Assembly (NCBI GenBank): GCA_965228475.1
Contig: OZ245817.1
Location: forward strand, 1,856,001 to 1,920,000
DNA from: Myxococcota bacterium
GTDB taxonomy: Bacteria > Myxococcota_A > UBA9160 > JAFDDA01
DNA length: 64,000 nucleotides
Direction: 5' to 3'
Positions 51,240 through 64,000 of the stretch are shown here, piece by piece (within the stretch, counting starts at the first letter, position 1; each line of letters opens with the position of its first letter). The notes under the pieces were generated by a model that saw only the letters and a list, made by a program, of their open reading frames with translations, did no database searches and had not been told where the DNA came from. The translations under genes and the position numbers were made by a program.

Positions 51240-51935
51240 CTAGCGCCGGCCTCGCGTGCGAAACGCGAACGCCGCGGCGGCGCAGGCGAGCAGCGCCACC
51301 GGCCCGGGTTCGGGCACCGGCGAGAAGGTCGTCAGCACCCGGACGTAGTCCCCGGGCGTGTTCGCGGCCCAGTCGACCGTCACCTCGCGCAGGCCCGTGA
51401 TCGTGACCGAGTCGCCCCCTTCGAGCCCGCGCAGCCCCGGGGCCTGGTAGGTCACGCCCGTGTTGGCGAGGAAGTCGCTGGCGGTCAGCAGCGCAGAGCT
51501 GCTGATCACGGCGAGGATGTCCGAATCGAAGGTGACGGTACCGACCTGGGACCGCCGGATGGAGCCGGCCGGGTCGAAGGCGATGTAGTGACTGGCGACG
51601 GTGGTTCCTGCGGCGAGCGTCCCCTCGCCGGCGCTGCCCCCCATTCCATCGGCGATCTGGCTCACATCGAGCGGCGCCGGAAGCACGATGTTCTGGTCCT
51701 CATCGAAGGCGAAGAGGTTCAGGGATTGCAGGGAGTTCTGTCCGACCGTGTTGTCCGGGTCGGACTCCGTGAAGGGCACCGTGAGCTTCACGAACACGCC
51801 GCCGTTGTCGAAGGAGTAGCCGCCGGTGACGGCGCCGCCGATGACGGTGGCTGCCGCGGGGCTGGCGGCGAGCAGCAGGGCGCCGAGCAGGGCGAGGGTT
51901 CGGGCGGGGGCTTCGAGCGGCAGGATCGGTCGCAT
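51240..51935 (-). CDS. PEP-CTERM sorting-domain surface protein
   Basis: Signal peptide; C-terminal PVPEPGPVALLACAAAAFAFRTRGRR. Confidence 0.85.
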   Translation of the reverse strand: MRPILPLEAPARTLALLGALLLAASPAAATVIGGAVTGGYSFDNGGVFVKLTVPFTESDPDNTVGQNSLQSLNLFAFDEDQNIVLPAPLDVSQIADGMGGSAGEGTLAAGTTVASHYIAFDPAGSIRRSQVGTVTFDSDILAVISSSALLTASDFLANTGVTYQAPGLRGLEGGDSVTITGLREVTVDWAANTPGDYVRVLTTFSPVPEPGPVALLACAAAAFAFRTRGRR

Positions 51936-52018
51936 GGTTTCTCCTCCCGATTCAGTGGTGGGCCGGGCCCCTTTGTGGCACCCGCGAGCGGGCCACGGGG
52001 CGGCTACCCTCCGCGCCC

Positions 52019-52708
52019 ATGCGGATCCTGGCCATCGAGAGCGCGACGGAAGAGCCGTCGGTCGCCGTCGTTTCCGGGGAGGGCGTGCTCGCCCTGCGGC
52101 CGGCCTCCCGGGACGCGCGGCGCTCGGAAACGCTGCTGCCGGCGATCGTCCACGTGCTCGACGAGGCCGGCCTCGCGCTCGCCGACCTCCACGGCTTCGC
52201 CATCGCCATCGGCCCGGGCTCCTTCACGGGCCTGCGCGTCGGCCTCGCGACCCTCAAGGGAATCGCCTTCGGCGACGACCGCCCGGCCGCTGGCGTTCCG
52301 ACCCTCGACGCCCTGATGCTCCAGGCCGGCGAGCCGCGGCCGGCGCCGGTGGTGGCGGCCCTCGACGCCCGCCGGGGCGAGGTCTACGCCCAGGTCTTCG
52401 CCGAAGGGGCGGGCGAGGAGCCCCTGGTGCCGGAAGGGCTCTACCGGCCCGAAGCGCTCGGCGCGCTTCTGCCCGAGGGACTCGGGAAGGGAATCCTGGT
52501 CGGAGACGGCGCGCGGGTCCTTGCCGGGACGCTGGGCCCGGCCTTCGAGGCGCTTCCAGTGGGCCCCTCCGCGGCGCAGGTCGGAGCCCTGGGGCTCCGG
52601 AGTCTCCGGGCAGGCCAGGGCATTCCCGCCCGCGAGCTCACCCCGTACTACGGGCGCCGCGCCCAGGCGGAAGTCGAGCGGACCGGGAGCGCCACCGAGG
52701 CGCGCTAG
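52019..52708 (+). CDS. tsaB: tRNA threonylcarbamoyladenosine biosynthesis protein TsaB
   Basis: [25 protein letters not shown]. Confidence 0.93.
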   Translation: MRILAIESATEEPSVAVVSGEGVLALRPASRDARRSETLLPAIVHVLDEAGLALADLHGFAIAIGPGSFTGLRVGLATLKGIAFGDDRPAAGVPTLDALMLQAGEPRPAPVVAALDARRGEVYAQVFAEGAGEEPLVPEGLYRPEALGALLPEGLGKGILVGDGARVLAGTLGPAFEALPVGPSAAQVGALGLRSLRAGQGIPARELTPYYGRRAQAEVERTGSATEAR

Positions 52709-52736
52709 CGGCCTCTCCTGCGAGGTCGGGCCGCCT

Positions 52737-52765
52737 TTGACACCCCTGGGGCCTTCCCATAAGAT
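52737..52765 (+). promoter_or_regulatory. sigma70 promoter of the ilvC-psd-pssA-leu operon
   Basis: TTGACA-N17-TAAGAT. Confidence 0.75.
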
Positions 52766-52976
52766 CGCGTCCAAGCAACGGAAACGCGCGATCGGCGCGC
52801 CTTCGCGGGCTCCGTCGTCGACCATCGCCGGACGCGATGGCGCAGCGCGTCGCCGAACCTCGAACCTGCGGACTGGATCCCCCGAGACGCCGTATCGTCC
52901 CGGAACGCCGAATCCTCCGGGCAGGCAGGCCCCACCCAAACGGGCCGCCGGACCCGAGCACCCCAAGGAGAGACCG

Positions 52977-53999
52977 ATGGCACTGAACACCTACTACGAC
53001 AAGGACGCGGACCTCGGCCGGCTGGAAGGCAAGACCGTCGCCGTGATCGGCTACGGCAGCCAGGGCCACGCGCACACGCTGAACCTGCGCGACTCGGGCG
53101 TCGACGTCGTCGTCGGCCTCCGCAAGGACTCGAGCTCGCGCCCGAAGGCCGAGGCCGAGGGGATCCGCGTGCTCGAGCCCGCCGAGGCCGCGCGCACCGC
53201 GGACCTCGTGATGATGGCGGTGCCCGACGAGCTCATGGCCGACATCTACAAGGAAGAGATCGGGCCGAACCTCGAGCCCGGCAACTACCTCGCCGTGGCG
53301 CACGGCTTCAACATCCACTTCGGCCAGATCGCGCCGCCCGAGGGCGTGAACGTGATCATGATCGCGCCGAAGGGCCCGGGCCACACGGTGCGCGGCCAGT
53401 ACGAAGAGGGGCGCGGCGTGCCGTGCCTCGTGGCCGTCCACTCGGACCCGTCGGGCGACTCGCTGCAGATGGCGCTCGCCTACGCGAAGGGCCTCGGCGG
53501 CGGCCGCTCCGGCATCATCGAGACGAACTTCCGCGAGGAGACCGAGACGGACCTCTTCGGCGAGCAGGTCGTGCTCTGCGGCGGCCTGACGGCGCTCATG
53601 ACGGCCGGCTACGAGACGCTCGTCGAGGCGGGCTACGCCCCGGAGATGGCGTACTTCGAGACGATCCACGAGGTGAAGCTGATCGTGGACCTGATCTACG
53701 AAGGTGGCCTGGCCAACATGCGGTACTCGGTCTCGAACACGGCCGAGTACGGCGACCTCACGCGCGGGCCGCGGGTGGTGGACGCCGGCGTGAAGGAGCG
53801 CATGAAGGAGGTGCTCGGGGAGATCCAGCGCGGCGACTTCGCGCGCGAGTTCATCCTCGAGAAGAAGGCGGGCAACGCCGGCTTCCAGGCGCTCCGCCGC
53901 CAGGGCGAAGAGCACGATCTCGAGAAGGTCGGGGCGAAGCTGCGCGGCCTCATGCCGTGGCTCGAGCAGAAGCGCCTGGTCGACCGCAGCAAGAACTAG
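52977..53999 (+). CDS. ilvC: Ketol-acid reductoisomerase
   Basis: [32 protein letters not shown]. Confidence 0.97.
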   Translation: MALNTYYDKDADLGRLEGKTVAVIGYGSQGHAHTLNLRDSGVDVVVGLRKDSSSRPKAEAEGIRVLEPAEAARTADLVMMAVPDELMADIYKEEIGPNLEPGNYLAVAHGFNIHFGQIAPPEGVNVIMIAPKGPGHTVRGQYEEGRGVPCLVAVHSDPSGDSLQMALAYAKGLGGGRSGIIETNFREETETDLFGEQVVLCGGLTALMTAGYETLVEAGYAPEMAYFETIHEVKLIVDLIYEGGLANMRYSVSNTAEYGDLTRGPRVVDAGVKERMKEVLGEIQRGDFAREFILEKKAGNAGFQALRRQGEEHDLEKVGAKLRGLMPWLEQKRLVDRSKN

Positions 54000-54017
54000 G
54001 AGCCAGCGAGGTCTCGC

Positions 54018-54710
54018 ATGGGCGAGGAGCAACGCGCGCCGGAGCCCCCCCACTTCTCCGAACGGCCTACCGAGGCGGTCGTGCCGGACGCGTGGGTGCT
54101 CGCCTCGGTGCCGATCGTGGTGGCGGCCTTCGCGCGCTGGTTCGACGTGACGCCGCTCCTGTGGCTCGGGGTCGGTCTGGCCGTCTTCACGGTGGCCTTC
54201 TTCCGCAACCCGAACCGCACCATCCCGGGCGACGAACGCACCGTCGTGTCGCCGGCGGACGGCCGCGTCATCGAGGTGGGCGTGATCGAGGAGCCCGACG
54301 GCACGAAGGCGCTGCGCATCGGGATCTTCCTCTCGGTCTTCAACGTCCACGTGAACCGCATGCCGCTGGCGGGGCGGGTCGAGTCCGTCGACCGGGCCGG
54401 CACGAAATACCTCGCGGCCTTCGACCGGCGCGCCGAGGGCGAGAACGTGCGCTCGACACTCACGATGCGGACGGCGGCCGGCGAGCGCTTCCGCGTCACC
54501 CAGATCACGGGGCTCATCGCGCGGCGCATCGTCTCGCATCCGCAGGTCGGCGAGTGGGTCGGCCGCGGTGTGCGCTACGGCCTCATCCGCTTCGGCTCGC
54601 GCACGGACGTCGTGCTCCCCGAGGCCGCCGTGGCTCGCGTGGCCCCCGGCGAGCGGGTGCGCGGCGGAAGTACGATACTCGCAGTGATGCCCGGGGGGTC
54701 CGCCACATGA
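54018..54710 (+). CDS. psd: Phosphatidylserine decarboxylase proenzyme
   Basis: FFRNP, SPADG, FNVHVNR, RFGSR cleavage motif. Confidence 0.92.
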   Translation: MGEEQRAPEPPHFSERPTEAVVPDAWVLASVPIVVAAFARWFDVTPLLWLGVGLAVFTVAFFRNPNRTIPGDERTVVSPADGRVIEVGVIEEPDGTKALRIGIFLSVFNVHVNRMPLAGRVESVDRAGTKYLAAFDRRAEGENVRSTLTMRTAAGERFRVTQITGLIARRIVSHPQVGEWVGRGVRYGLIRFGSRTDVVLPEAAVARVAPGERVRGGSTILAVMPGGSAT

Positions 54711-55507
54711 GAATCGTGGAAGACGAGGAAGGGAAGGGGGCCGCGCCGAAGCGCCGCCGCCGCACCCGCGAGGAGCGCCGCCGCCAGCTCCCCGCGCTGC
54801 TGCCGAACCTGCTCACGACGGGGAACCTGGCCGCGGGCTTCTTCGCGATCACCCAGTCCGCGAGCGGCAACATCGACAACGCCGTCGTGGCGATCATCTT
54901 CGCCATGACCTGCGACCTGTTCGACGGCCGGGTCGCGCGCCGCGTCGGCGCCGAGAGCCCCTTCGGCGCCGAGTACGATTCCATCGCCGACGCCGTTTCC
55001 TTCGGCGTCGCGCCGGCGGTCCTGACGTTCCACTTCGGGCAGCTCCAGGAGCTCGGCTGGACGGGCTGGGTCGTGGCCTTCGCCTACATGGTGTGCGCGG
55101 CGCTCCGCCTCGCGCGCTTCAACGTCTCCTCGGGCCGCTACAAGAACTACTTCCAGGGCCTGCCGAGCCCGGCCGCGGCCGGCATGGTCGTCAGCACCGC
55201 CTGGTTCTTCTCGACGCTCCACGAGATGGGCGTCCAGACGCAGGTGCCCGCACTCTTCATCGCCATCGGCCTCGTGGGGCTCGGTCTGCTCATGGTCAGC
55301 AACATCCCCTACCGCAGCAGCAAGGGAGCCTCGGCCGGCGGGAACTCGGGCCGCTCGAACGTGCTCATGGTGATCGGCTTCGTGCTGGTCCTCGCGAAGC
55401 CCTCGGTCACGCTCTTCCTGATCGGCATCACCTACGTCTCGCTCGGGCCGCTCGAGATGCTCTGGCGCCGGCGGAAGGGCATCGCTCTGGAGGAGGTCGA
55501 CGCGTGA
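54707..55507 (+). CDS. pssA: CDP-diacylglycerol-serine O-phosphatidyltransferase
   Basis: PNLLT, DLFDGRVAR...FGAEYDSIAD, RLARFN, GLPSP. Confidence 0.93.
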   Translation: MRIVEDEEGKGAAPKRRRRTREERRRQLPALLPNLLTTGNLAAGFFAITQSASGNIDNAVVAIIFAMTCDLFDGRVARRVGAESPFGAEYDSIADAVSFGVAPAVLTFHFGQLQELGWTGWVVAFAYMVCAALRLARFNVSSGRYKNYFQGLPSPAAAGMVVSTAWFFSTLHEMGVQTQVPALFIAIGLVGLGLLMVSNIPYRSSKGASAGGNSGRSNVLMVIGFVLVLAKPSVTLFLIGITYVSLGPLEMLWRRRKGIALEEVDA

Positions 55508-57048
55508 GCGAGAAGATCCGCATCTTCGACACCACCCTGCGCGACGGCGAGCAGTCCCCGGGCTGCAGCATGAATCTCCAGGAGAAGCTCACGCTGGCCC
55601 GCCAGCTTCGCGACCTCGGCGTCGACATCATCGAGGCCGGCTTCCCGATCGCGAGCGAGGGCGATCTCGAATCCGTGAAGGCGATCTCCCACGAGATTCG
55701 CGAGCCGGTGATCTGCGCGCTCTCGCGCACGAGCCGCGCCGACGTCGAGCACGCCCTCGAAGCGCTCGGTCCGGCGGCGAAGCCCCGGGTGCACGTCTTC
55801 ATCGCGACGAGCGACATCCACCTCGAGCACAAGCTCCGCATGACCCGCGAGCAGGTCCTCGAGGAGGTCGACCGCGCCGTTCGCCAGGCCCGCCAGCACG
55901 TGGACGACGTCGAGTTCTCCGCCGAGGACGCCACGCGCTCGGACTGGGACTACCTGGTCGAGGTCTTCGACGCCGCCATCGCCGCCGGGGCCTCCACGCT
56001 GAACGTGCCGGACACGGTCGGCTACACGACGCCGAGCGAGTACCACGACCTGATCACCTTCCTGCGCAAGAACGTCTCCGAGGCGGATCGCGCCATCTTC
56101 AGCCTGCACTGCCACAACGATCTCGGCCTCGCCGTCTCGAACAGCCTCGCCGCGATCCGCGCAGGCGCCCGCCAGGTCGAGTGCACCGTGAACGGGATCG
56201 GCGAGCGCGCGGGCAATACGGCCATGGAAGAGGTCGTGATGGCCCTGAAGACGCGCCCGGACACCTTCGGCGGTCTCGACACGAACATCGACACCAAGGA
56301 GATCTGGCCGACGAGCCGGCTGCTCTCCTCGATCACGGGTGTCTCGGTGCAGCCGAACAAGGCCATCGTCGGCGAGAACGCCTTCGCCCACGAAGCCGGG
56401 ATCCATCAGGACGGCGTCCTCAAGAACAAGCTCACCTACGAGATCATGACGCCCGAGTCGATCGGACGGCCCTCGAACGAGCTGGTGCTCGGCAAGCACT
56501 CCGGGCGCCACGCCTTCCGGGAGCGGCTCGCGGAGCTCGGCCTGGCCATCGAGGGCGACGAGTTCGAGGCCGCGTTCAAGCGCTTCAAGGCGCTCGCGGA
56601 CAAGAAGAAGACCATCTACAACGAGGACCTCGAGGCGATCGTCTCCGACGCCGTCGGCCAGGACGACGACCGCTTCCAGCTCGGCGACCTCTCGATCGTC
56701 TCGGGCACCTTCGCGGCGCCCCACGCCACCGTGGAGCTCACCGTCGACGGCGAGGCGCGCAAGGCCACGGCCCAGGGCACCGGCCCCGTCGATGCCGTCT
56801 TCAAGGCGATCGCCGACCTCACGGCGACGAAGAGCGAGCTGCTGCGCTATCAGGTGAACGCGATCACGGCGGGCATGGACGCCCAGGGCGAAGTCTCCGT
56901 GACGCTGTCCGAGGACGGCCGGCGCGTGATCGGCCACGGCGCCCACACGGACGTGATCGTCGCGAGCGGCAAGGCCTACGTGCACGCCCTGAACAAGCTC
57001 GAGTGGCACAAACAGCGCCGCGGCGCCGCCGAGCCCCGCGGCATCTAG
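55504..57048 (+). CDS. leuA: 2-isopropylmalate synthase
   Basis: FDTTLRDGEQ, HCHNDLG, GERAGN, HQDG. Confidence 0.96.
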   Translation: MSEKIRIFDTTLRDGEQSPGCSMNLQEKLTLARQLRDLGVDIIEAGFPIASEGDLESVKAISHEIREPVICALSRTSRADVEHALEALGPAAKPRVHVFIATSDIHLEHKLRMTREQVLEEVDRAVRQARQHVDDVEFSAEDATRSDWDYLVEVFDAAIAAGASTLNVPDTVGYTTPSEYHDLITFLRKNVSEADRAIFSLHCHNDLGLAVSNSLAAIRAGARQVECTVNGIGERAGNTAMEEVVMALKTRPDTFGGLDTNIDTKEIWPTSRLLSSITGVSVQPNKAIVGENAFAHEAGIHQDGVLKNKLTYEIMTPESIGRPSNELVLGKHSGRHAFRERLAELGLAIEGDEFEAAFKRFKALADKKKTIYNEDLEAIVSDAVGQDDDRFQLGDLSIVSGTFAAPHATVELTVDGEARKATAQGTGPVDAVFKAIADLTATKSELLRYQVNAITAGMDAQGEVSVTLSEDGRRVIGHGAHTDVIVASGKAYVHALNKLEWHKQRRGAAEPRGI

Positions 57049-57069
57049 CCATTCCAGGAGAGAAACGCA

Positions 57070-58146
57070 TTGAGTCGCATTCTGCTGCTGCCGGGAGACG
57101 GCATCGGGCCCGAGGTCGTGCGCGAAGCGCGCCGGGTGCTCGACGTCGTCTCGGAGAAGTTCGACCTGAAGCTCGAGTACGAAGAGGGGCTGATCGGCGG
57201 CTCCGCCATCGACGCCGAAGGCACGCCGCTCTCGGACGAGACCGTCGCGCGCGCGCGGGGCTGCCAGGCCGTCCTGCTCGGCGCGGTCGGCGGCCCGAAG
57301 TGGGACGCGCTCCCGGTGGACACGCGCCCGGAGAAGGGTCTCCTGCGCATCCGCAAGGAGCTCGGGCTGTTCGCGAACCTGCGCCCGGCCAAGGTCTTCC
57401 CGGCCCTGGCGGCGGCCTCCTCGCTGCGGCCCGAGGTGGTCGACGGCATCGACCTGCTCGTCGTGCGCGAGCTGACCGGCGGCATCTACTTCGGCGAGCC
57501 GCGCGGGCGTGCCCTCGTCGACGGCCACCGCGAAGCGCGCAACACCATGGTCTACGACGAGATCGAGATCGCCCGCATCACGCGCGTGGCCTTCGAGGCG
57601 GCCCAGGGGCGGCGCCAGCACCTGACCCACGTCCACAAGGCGAACGTGCTCGAGGTCTCCCAGCTCTGGATGGAGGTGGTCGACGAGGTGGCGAAGGACT
57701 TCCCGGACGTGACCCTCGCGCACCAGCTCGTCGACTCCTGCGCCATGCTGCTCGTGCGCGAGCCCGCGCGCTTCGACGTGATGGTCACCGGAAACCTCTT
57801 CGGCGACATCCTCTCGGACGAGGCGGCCATGATCACGGGCTCCCTCGGCATGCTGCCCTCGGCGAGCCTCGGGGAAGGGGGCGTCGGCCTGTTCGAGCCG
57901 GTCCACGGCTCGGCGCCGGACATCGCGGGCCAGGACGCCGCGAACCCGCTTGCCACGATCCTCTCGGCCGCGATGCTCTGCGAGCACTCGCTGAACGCCC
58001 CCGAAGCGGCGCGCGCGATCGAAGGCGCGGTCTCGGCCGTGCTCGGGGCGGGCCATCGCACCGGCGACCTCGTGCTCGAGGGCGACACGACGGAGACCAT
58101 CGGCTGCCGCCGCATGGGCGACCTCGTGCTCGAACAGCTCTCCTAG
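57070..58146 (+). CDS. leuB: 3-isopropylmalate dehydrogenase
   Basis: [43 protein letters not shown] start. Confidence 0.96.
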   Translation: MSRILLLPGDGIGPEVVREARRVLDVVSEKFDLKLEYEEGLIGGSAIDAEGTPLSDETVARARGCQAVLLGAVGGPKWDALPVDTRPEKGLLRIRKELGLFANLRPAKVFPALAAASSLRPEVVDGIDLLVVRELTGGIYFGEPRGRALVDGHREARNTMVYDEIEIARITRVAFEAAQGRRQHLTHVHKANVLEVSQLWMEVVDEVAKDFPDVTLAHQLVDSCAMLLVREPARFDVMVTGNLFGDILSDEAAMITGSLGMLPSASLGEGGVGLFEPVHGSAPDIAGQDAANPLATILSAAMLCEHSLNAPEAARAIEGAVSAVLGAGHRTGDLVLEGDTTETIGCRRMGDLVLEQLS

Positions 58147-59159
58147 TGGGCGAGGTCGTCCAGCTCGTCCGGGTGGGCCTCGTCGGCGCGGCCGGCATGC
58201 TCGGCCGCGAGGTGCTCTCGGTGCTCGAGCGCCGCAAGGCGCCGGTGATGGAGCTCGTGCCCATCGGCAGCGAGGGCTCGGTCGGCGACGGCATCGACTA
58301 CCAGAGCGAGGATCTGCCCCTGCGCCCGCCGGAGACCGAGCTCAAGGGCCTCGACTGGGTCTTCCTGTGCGCGCCCGTCGAGGCCTCCCGCGAGCACGCC
58401 CGCCGCGCCCTGCACGCCGAGGTCCCGGCGCTCGATCTCTCGGGCGCCTTCGCGGCGGAGCCCGGCGTCGCGCTGCTCGACGTCGAGCGGCTGCCCGAGG
58501 AGCCGGCCCCCGAGGACGCCGCGCCGCTGGTCTCCGTGGCGGGCGGTGCGGCGCTCGCGATCTCCCGCGTCCTGGCGCCCCTCGACGCGGCGCTGCGCCT
58601 GACCGACGTCCAGATCACCCTGCTCGAGTCCGCCTCGACGGCCGGGCACCGCGCCTTCACCGCGCTCTCGACGGAGACCGTCGCGCTCCTGAGCCAGCAG
58701 GAAGCGCCGGAGCCCGAGGCCTTGCCGTGGCCCCTGGCCTTCGACGTCCACGCCGCCACGGACGAGGAGGACGTGGAAGGGCGGAGCGCCGCCGAGGCCG
58801 CGCTCGCGCCGCAGCTCGAGCGGCTCGTGCGGGAGGATCTCGACTTCGACTGCACGATCCTCCGCATCCCGACCTTCACCGGCGAGGGCGCCTTGCTCTC
58901 GCTCGGCTTCGAAGCCGCGACGAAGCCCGCGGACGTCGAGGCCTGTCTCGGCTCGGCCGCCGGCGTGGAGGCGCTCGGTGCGAACCCGGCCGCCCTGCGC
59001 ACGCGCGCGGCGACGGGTCGCGAGGACGTGCTCGTCGGCCGCGTGCGGCCGCAGCCCGCCGGCCGCATCCAGCTCTGGCTCGCTGCGGACACCCAGCGCC
59101 TGACCGCCGACAACGCGGTCCGCCTGGCGGAGCGCCGGAACCCCCGACCCACCGAGTAA
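58146..59159 (+). CDS. Aspartate-semialdehyde dehydrogenase-like protein (Usg-type, catalytic motif degenerate)
   Basis: GLVGAAGMLG, DLSGAF, LAFDV, VLVGRVR, LW..ADT..L.A.NAV; lacks NPNC. Confidence 0.75.
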   Translation: MGEVVQLVRVGLVGAAGMLGREVLSVLERRKAPVMELVPIGSEGSVGDGIDYQSEDLPLRPPETELKGLDWVFLCAPVEASREHARRALHAEVPALDLSGAFAAEPGVALLDVERLPEEPAPEDAAPLVSVAGGAALAISRVLAPLDAALRLTDVQITLLESASTAGHRAFTALSTETVALLSQQEAPEPEALPWPLAFDVHAATDEEDVEGRSAAEAALAPQLERLVREDLDFDCTILRIPTFTGEGALLSLGFEAATKPADVEACLGSAAGVEALGANPAALRTRAATGREDVLVGRVRPQPAGRIQLWLAADTQRLTADNAVRLAERRNPRPTE

Positions 59160-59161
59160 CC

Positions 59162-59908
59162 ATGCCGCGCTATCGCCTCGTCCTCGAGTACGACGGCTCG
59201 GACTTCCGGGGCTGGCAGAACCAGGCGCCGGGCGAACGGACCGTCCAGGGCACCCTCGAGGGCGTCCTCGCGAAGCTGACCGGGCAGGCGGTCTCCCTCA
59301 CCGGGGCCGGCCGCACGGACGCCGGCGTCCACGCGGAAGGGCAGGTGGCGAGCTTCGTCCTGCCGGAGGAGGGCTTTCCGGTCGAGCGCCTCGTTCCGGG
59401 CCTGAACTCGAACCTGCCCGACGACCTGGCCGTCCGGAGCGCGGAGATCGTCCCCAACGCCTTCGACCCGCGCCGGGACGCCCGCTCGAAGCACTACCGC
59501 TACGAGATCTGGAACGGCCCGGTCCGCTCCCCCCTGCGCCGCCGCCGCATGGCCTGCGTCCCGGAGCGCCTCGACCGCGGCGCCATGGCCCGGGCCGCGC
59601 GCGCCTTCGAGGGCAGCCACGACTTCGCCTCGCTCCAGAGCACCGGGAGCTCGGTCAAGACGACGAAGCGGACGATCCTGCGCTGCGAGCTGGCCGGGGA
59701 GGGCCATCACCTGCGGCTCGACATCGAGGGGACGGGCTTCCTGCGGCACATGGTCCGGACCCTCGCGGGGACCCTCGTCGAGGTCGGCCAGGGGCGCCGC
59801 AGCGCCGAGTCGATCCCCGAACTCCTGGCCGCGGCGGACCGCACCCGGGCCGGCCCGACGGCGCCCGCCTGCGGCCTCACCCTGGTCGCGGTGCGCTACG
59901 GGGCGTAG
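59162..59908 (+). CDS. truA: tRNA pseudouridine(38-40) synthase
   Basis: YDGSDFRGWQ, GRTDAGVHA, FLRHMVR. Confidence 0.95.
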   Translation: MPRYRLVLEYDGSDFRGWQNQAPGERTVQGTLEGVLAKLTGQAVSLTGAGRTDAGVHAEGQVASFVLPEEGFPVERLVPGLNSNLPDDLAVRSAEIVPNAFDPRRDARSKHYRYEIWNGPVRSPLRRRRMACVPERLDRGAMARAARAFEGSHDFASLQSTGSSVKTTKRTILRCELAGEGHHLRLDIEGTGFLRHMVRTLAGTLVEVGQGRRSAESIPELLAAADRTRAGPTAPACGLTLVAVRYGA

Positions 59909-59977
59909 GGTCCCGGCGAGCGGGGGCCGCCCCAGGGTTTCCCTCTTGAAATCGCGCGGTTAGGGCGGGAAGTGGCC

Positions 59978-60006
59978 TTGACGGCGCCCCGCCTCTGAGA
60001 TAAACA
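59978..60006 (+). promoter_or_regulatory. Putative sigma70 promoter of rplM-rpsI
   Basis: TTGACG-N17-TAAACA. Confidence 0.55.
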
Positions 60007-60073
60007 ACCGCCTTCCTCTCGAGATCGATCCGTTCCGACGCCGTCCCGGCGGCGAACGAAGGAGTGTTCCGCC

Positions 60074-60547
60074 GTGGGAGCCACTGCGCACCGCGCCACG
60101 AAGAGCCTGAAGCCGGCCGAGGCCGTTTCGCACTGGTACGTGATCGACGCCGAAGACGTCGTCCTCGGCCGCCTCGCCACGCGCGCCGCGACGATCCTGC
60201 GCGGCAAGCACCGCCCGGATTTCACGCCGCACGTCGATCACGGCGACGGCGTGATCGTCGTCAACTGCGAGAAGGTGAAGCTCACGGGCCGCAAGCTCGA
60301 ACAGAAGACGTACTACCGGCACAGCGGCTGGGTCGGTTCGATCAAGTCGACGACGGCGGGTGAAGTGCTCGCCGGGCCGTTCCCGGACCGCGTGATCCAC
60401 GCCGCCGTGAAGGGCATGCTCCCGAAGAACGCCCTCGGCCGGAAGATCATGGGCCGGCTGAAGATCTACAAGGGCCCGAACCATCCCCACGCGGCGCAGT
60501 CGCCCCAGGTGATCGAGATCGGCTCCAAGGAGAATTCGAATGGCTGA
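60074..60547 (+). CDS. rplM: 50S ribosomal protein L13
   Basis: WYVIDA...LGRLA, RGKHRP.FTPH, GMLPKN. Confidence 0.97.
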   Translation: MGATAHRATKSLKPAEAVSHWYVIDAEDVVLGRLATRAATILRGKHRPDFTPHVDHGDGVIVVNCEKVKLTGRKLEQKTYYRHSGWVGSIKSTTAGEVLAGPFPDRVIHAAVKGMLPKNALGRKIMGRLKIYKGPNHPHAAQSPQVIEIGSKENSNG

Positions 60548-60932
60548 AGCGCTCGCCACGGCCACCGGCAAGCGGAAGACCGCGATCGCCCGCGTGCGGC
60601 TGCTCGCGGGGACGGGCAACGTCGTCGTGAACGGCCGCCCGGTGGACGAGTACTTCCCGCGCGACACGCTGCGCGGCATCGTGGCCCAGCCCATGGTCGC
60701 CACCAACGTGGTCGGCCGCTACGACGTGCACGCCAATCTCGACGGCGGCGGCATCGCCGGCCAGGCCACGGCCCTGCGCCACGGCATCGCCCGCGCCCTC
60801 GAGAAGCTCGACCCGACCCAGCGCACCACGCTGAAGAAGGCCGGGTATCTCACTCGAGACTCGCGCAAGAAGGAACGGAAGAAGTACGGCCAGCGCGGTG
60901 CCCGTGCGCGCTTCCAGTTCTCCAAGCGCTAG
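60540..60932 (+). CDS. rpsI: 30S ribosomal protein S9
   Basis: [23 protein letters not shown]...QFSKR. Confidence 0.97.
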   Translation: MAEALATATGKRKTAIARVRLLAGTGNVVVNGRPVDEYFPRDTLRGIVAQPMVATNVVGRYDVHANLDGGGIAGQATALRHGIARALEKLDPTQRTTLKKAGYLTRDSRKKERKKYGQRGARARFQFSKR

Positions 60933-60985
60933 GCCGAAGCGTCCCAGCGGGCGGCACGCCGCAAGGCACCGCCCCGAAAGAACCG

Positions 60986-61016
60986 ACGGGAGGCCGCACC
61001 ACGGCCTCCCGTTTTT
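60986..61016 (+). terminator. Rho-independent terminator
   Basis: ACGGGAGGCCG-CACCA-CGGCCTCCCGT followed by a T-tract. Confidence 0.8.
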
Positions 61017-61041
61017 CGTTTCCCCTTCATCCGGACCCACC

Positions 61042-63817
<2,776 letters not shown>

Positions 63818-63909
63818 GAGCTGCGGAGCGGATTCTTCCGCGATTCCAAGCGCCTCGGCCGCTTGCGCACGCGCAAGGGCTGGGCGAAGGTTGCGGTTTC
63901 CAAGGACGA

Positions 63910-63985
63910 GGGACGCTAGCTCAGTTGGGAGAGCGCCGCCTTCACACGGCGGAGGTCACTGGTTCGAGCCCAGTGCGTCCCACCA
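63910..63985 (+). tRNA. tRNA-Val (anticodon CAC)
   Basis: GGGACGC/GCGTCCC acceptor stem, D arm AGCTCAGTTGGGAGAGC, anticodon stem CCGCC-TTCACAC-GGCGG, GGTTCGAG T loop, encoded CCA. Confidence 0.95.
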
Positions 63986-64000
63986 CTCGCCCACCACGGG

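Noticed and set aside
52837..52986. uORF in the ilvC leader as an attenuator peptide
   Set aside because: Not enriched in Ile/Leu/Val codons and no terminator follows
63910..64000. tRNA-Val as a prophage or island attachment site
   Set aside because: No integrase or duplicated tRNA 3' end seen in the window; downstream sequence not available

Overview
High-GC bacterial chromosomal segment. Gene order (rpsB-tsf-pyrH-frr-uppS-dxr-rseP-tsaB; ilvC-psd-pssA-leuA; M23-secA-argJ) plus PEP-CTERM proteins suggests a Myxococcota/deltaproteobacteria-like organism (inference). 1-18.5 kb is an accessory envelope locus: a TtpC/TonB2-type motor operon (DUF3450, exbB x2, exbD x2, tonB, TPR), a 1198-aa TonB-dependent receptor with a compositionally foreign central cassette and four Cys-closed loops, a convergent penicillin-binding transpeptidase fused to a TonB C-terminal domain closely matching the operon's own TonB, a secreted beta-helix-like protein and a PEP-CTERM protein. 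This locus is the best candidate for an undescribed system. 18.5-33 kb is catabolic: an LLM oxidoreductase, a frameshifted MocR regulator, a SnoaL/PaaI/molybdoenzyme operon, an amidohydrolase, and a TTQ amine dehydrogenase cluster (mauBEDA + cytochrome c, no mauG in the window). 33-64 kb is mostly housekeeping and ends in tRNA-Val(CAC). No CRISPR array, integrase or transposase was seen. All family calls are by motif recognition only; no database searches were run.
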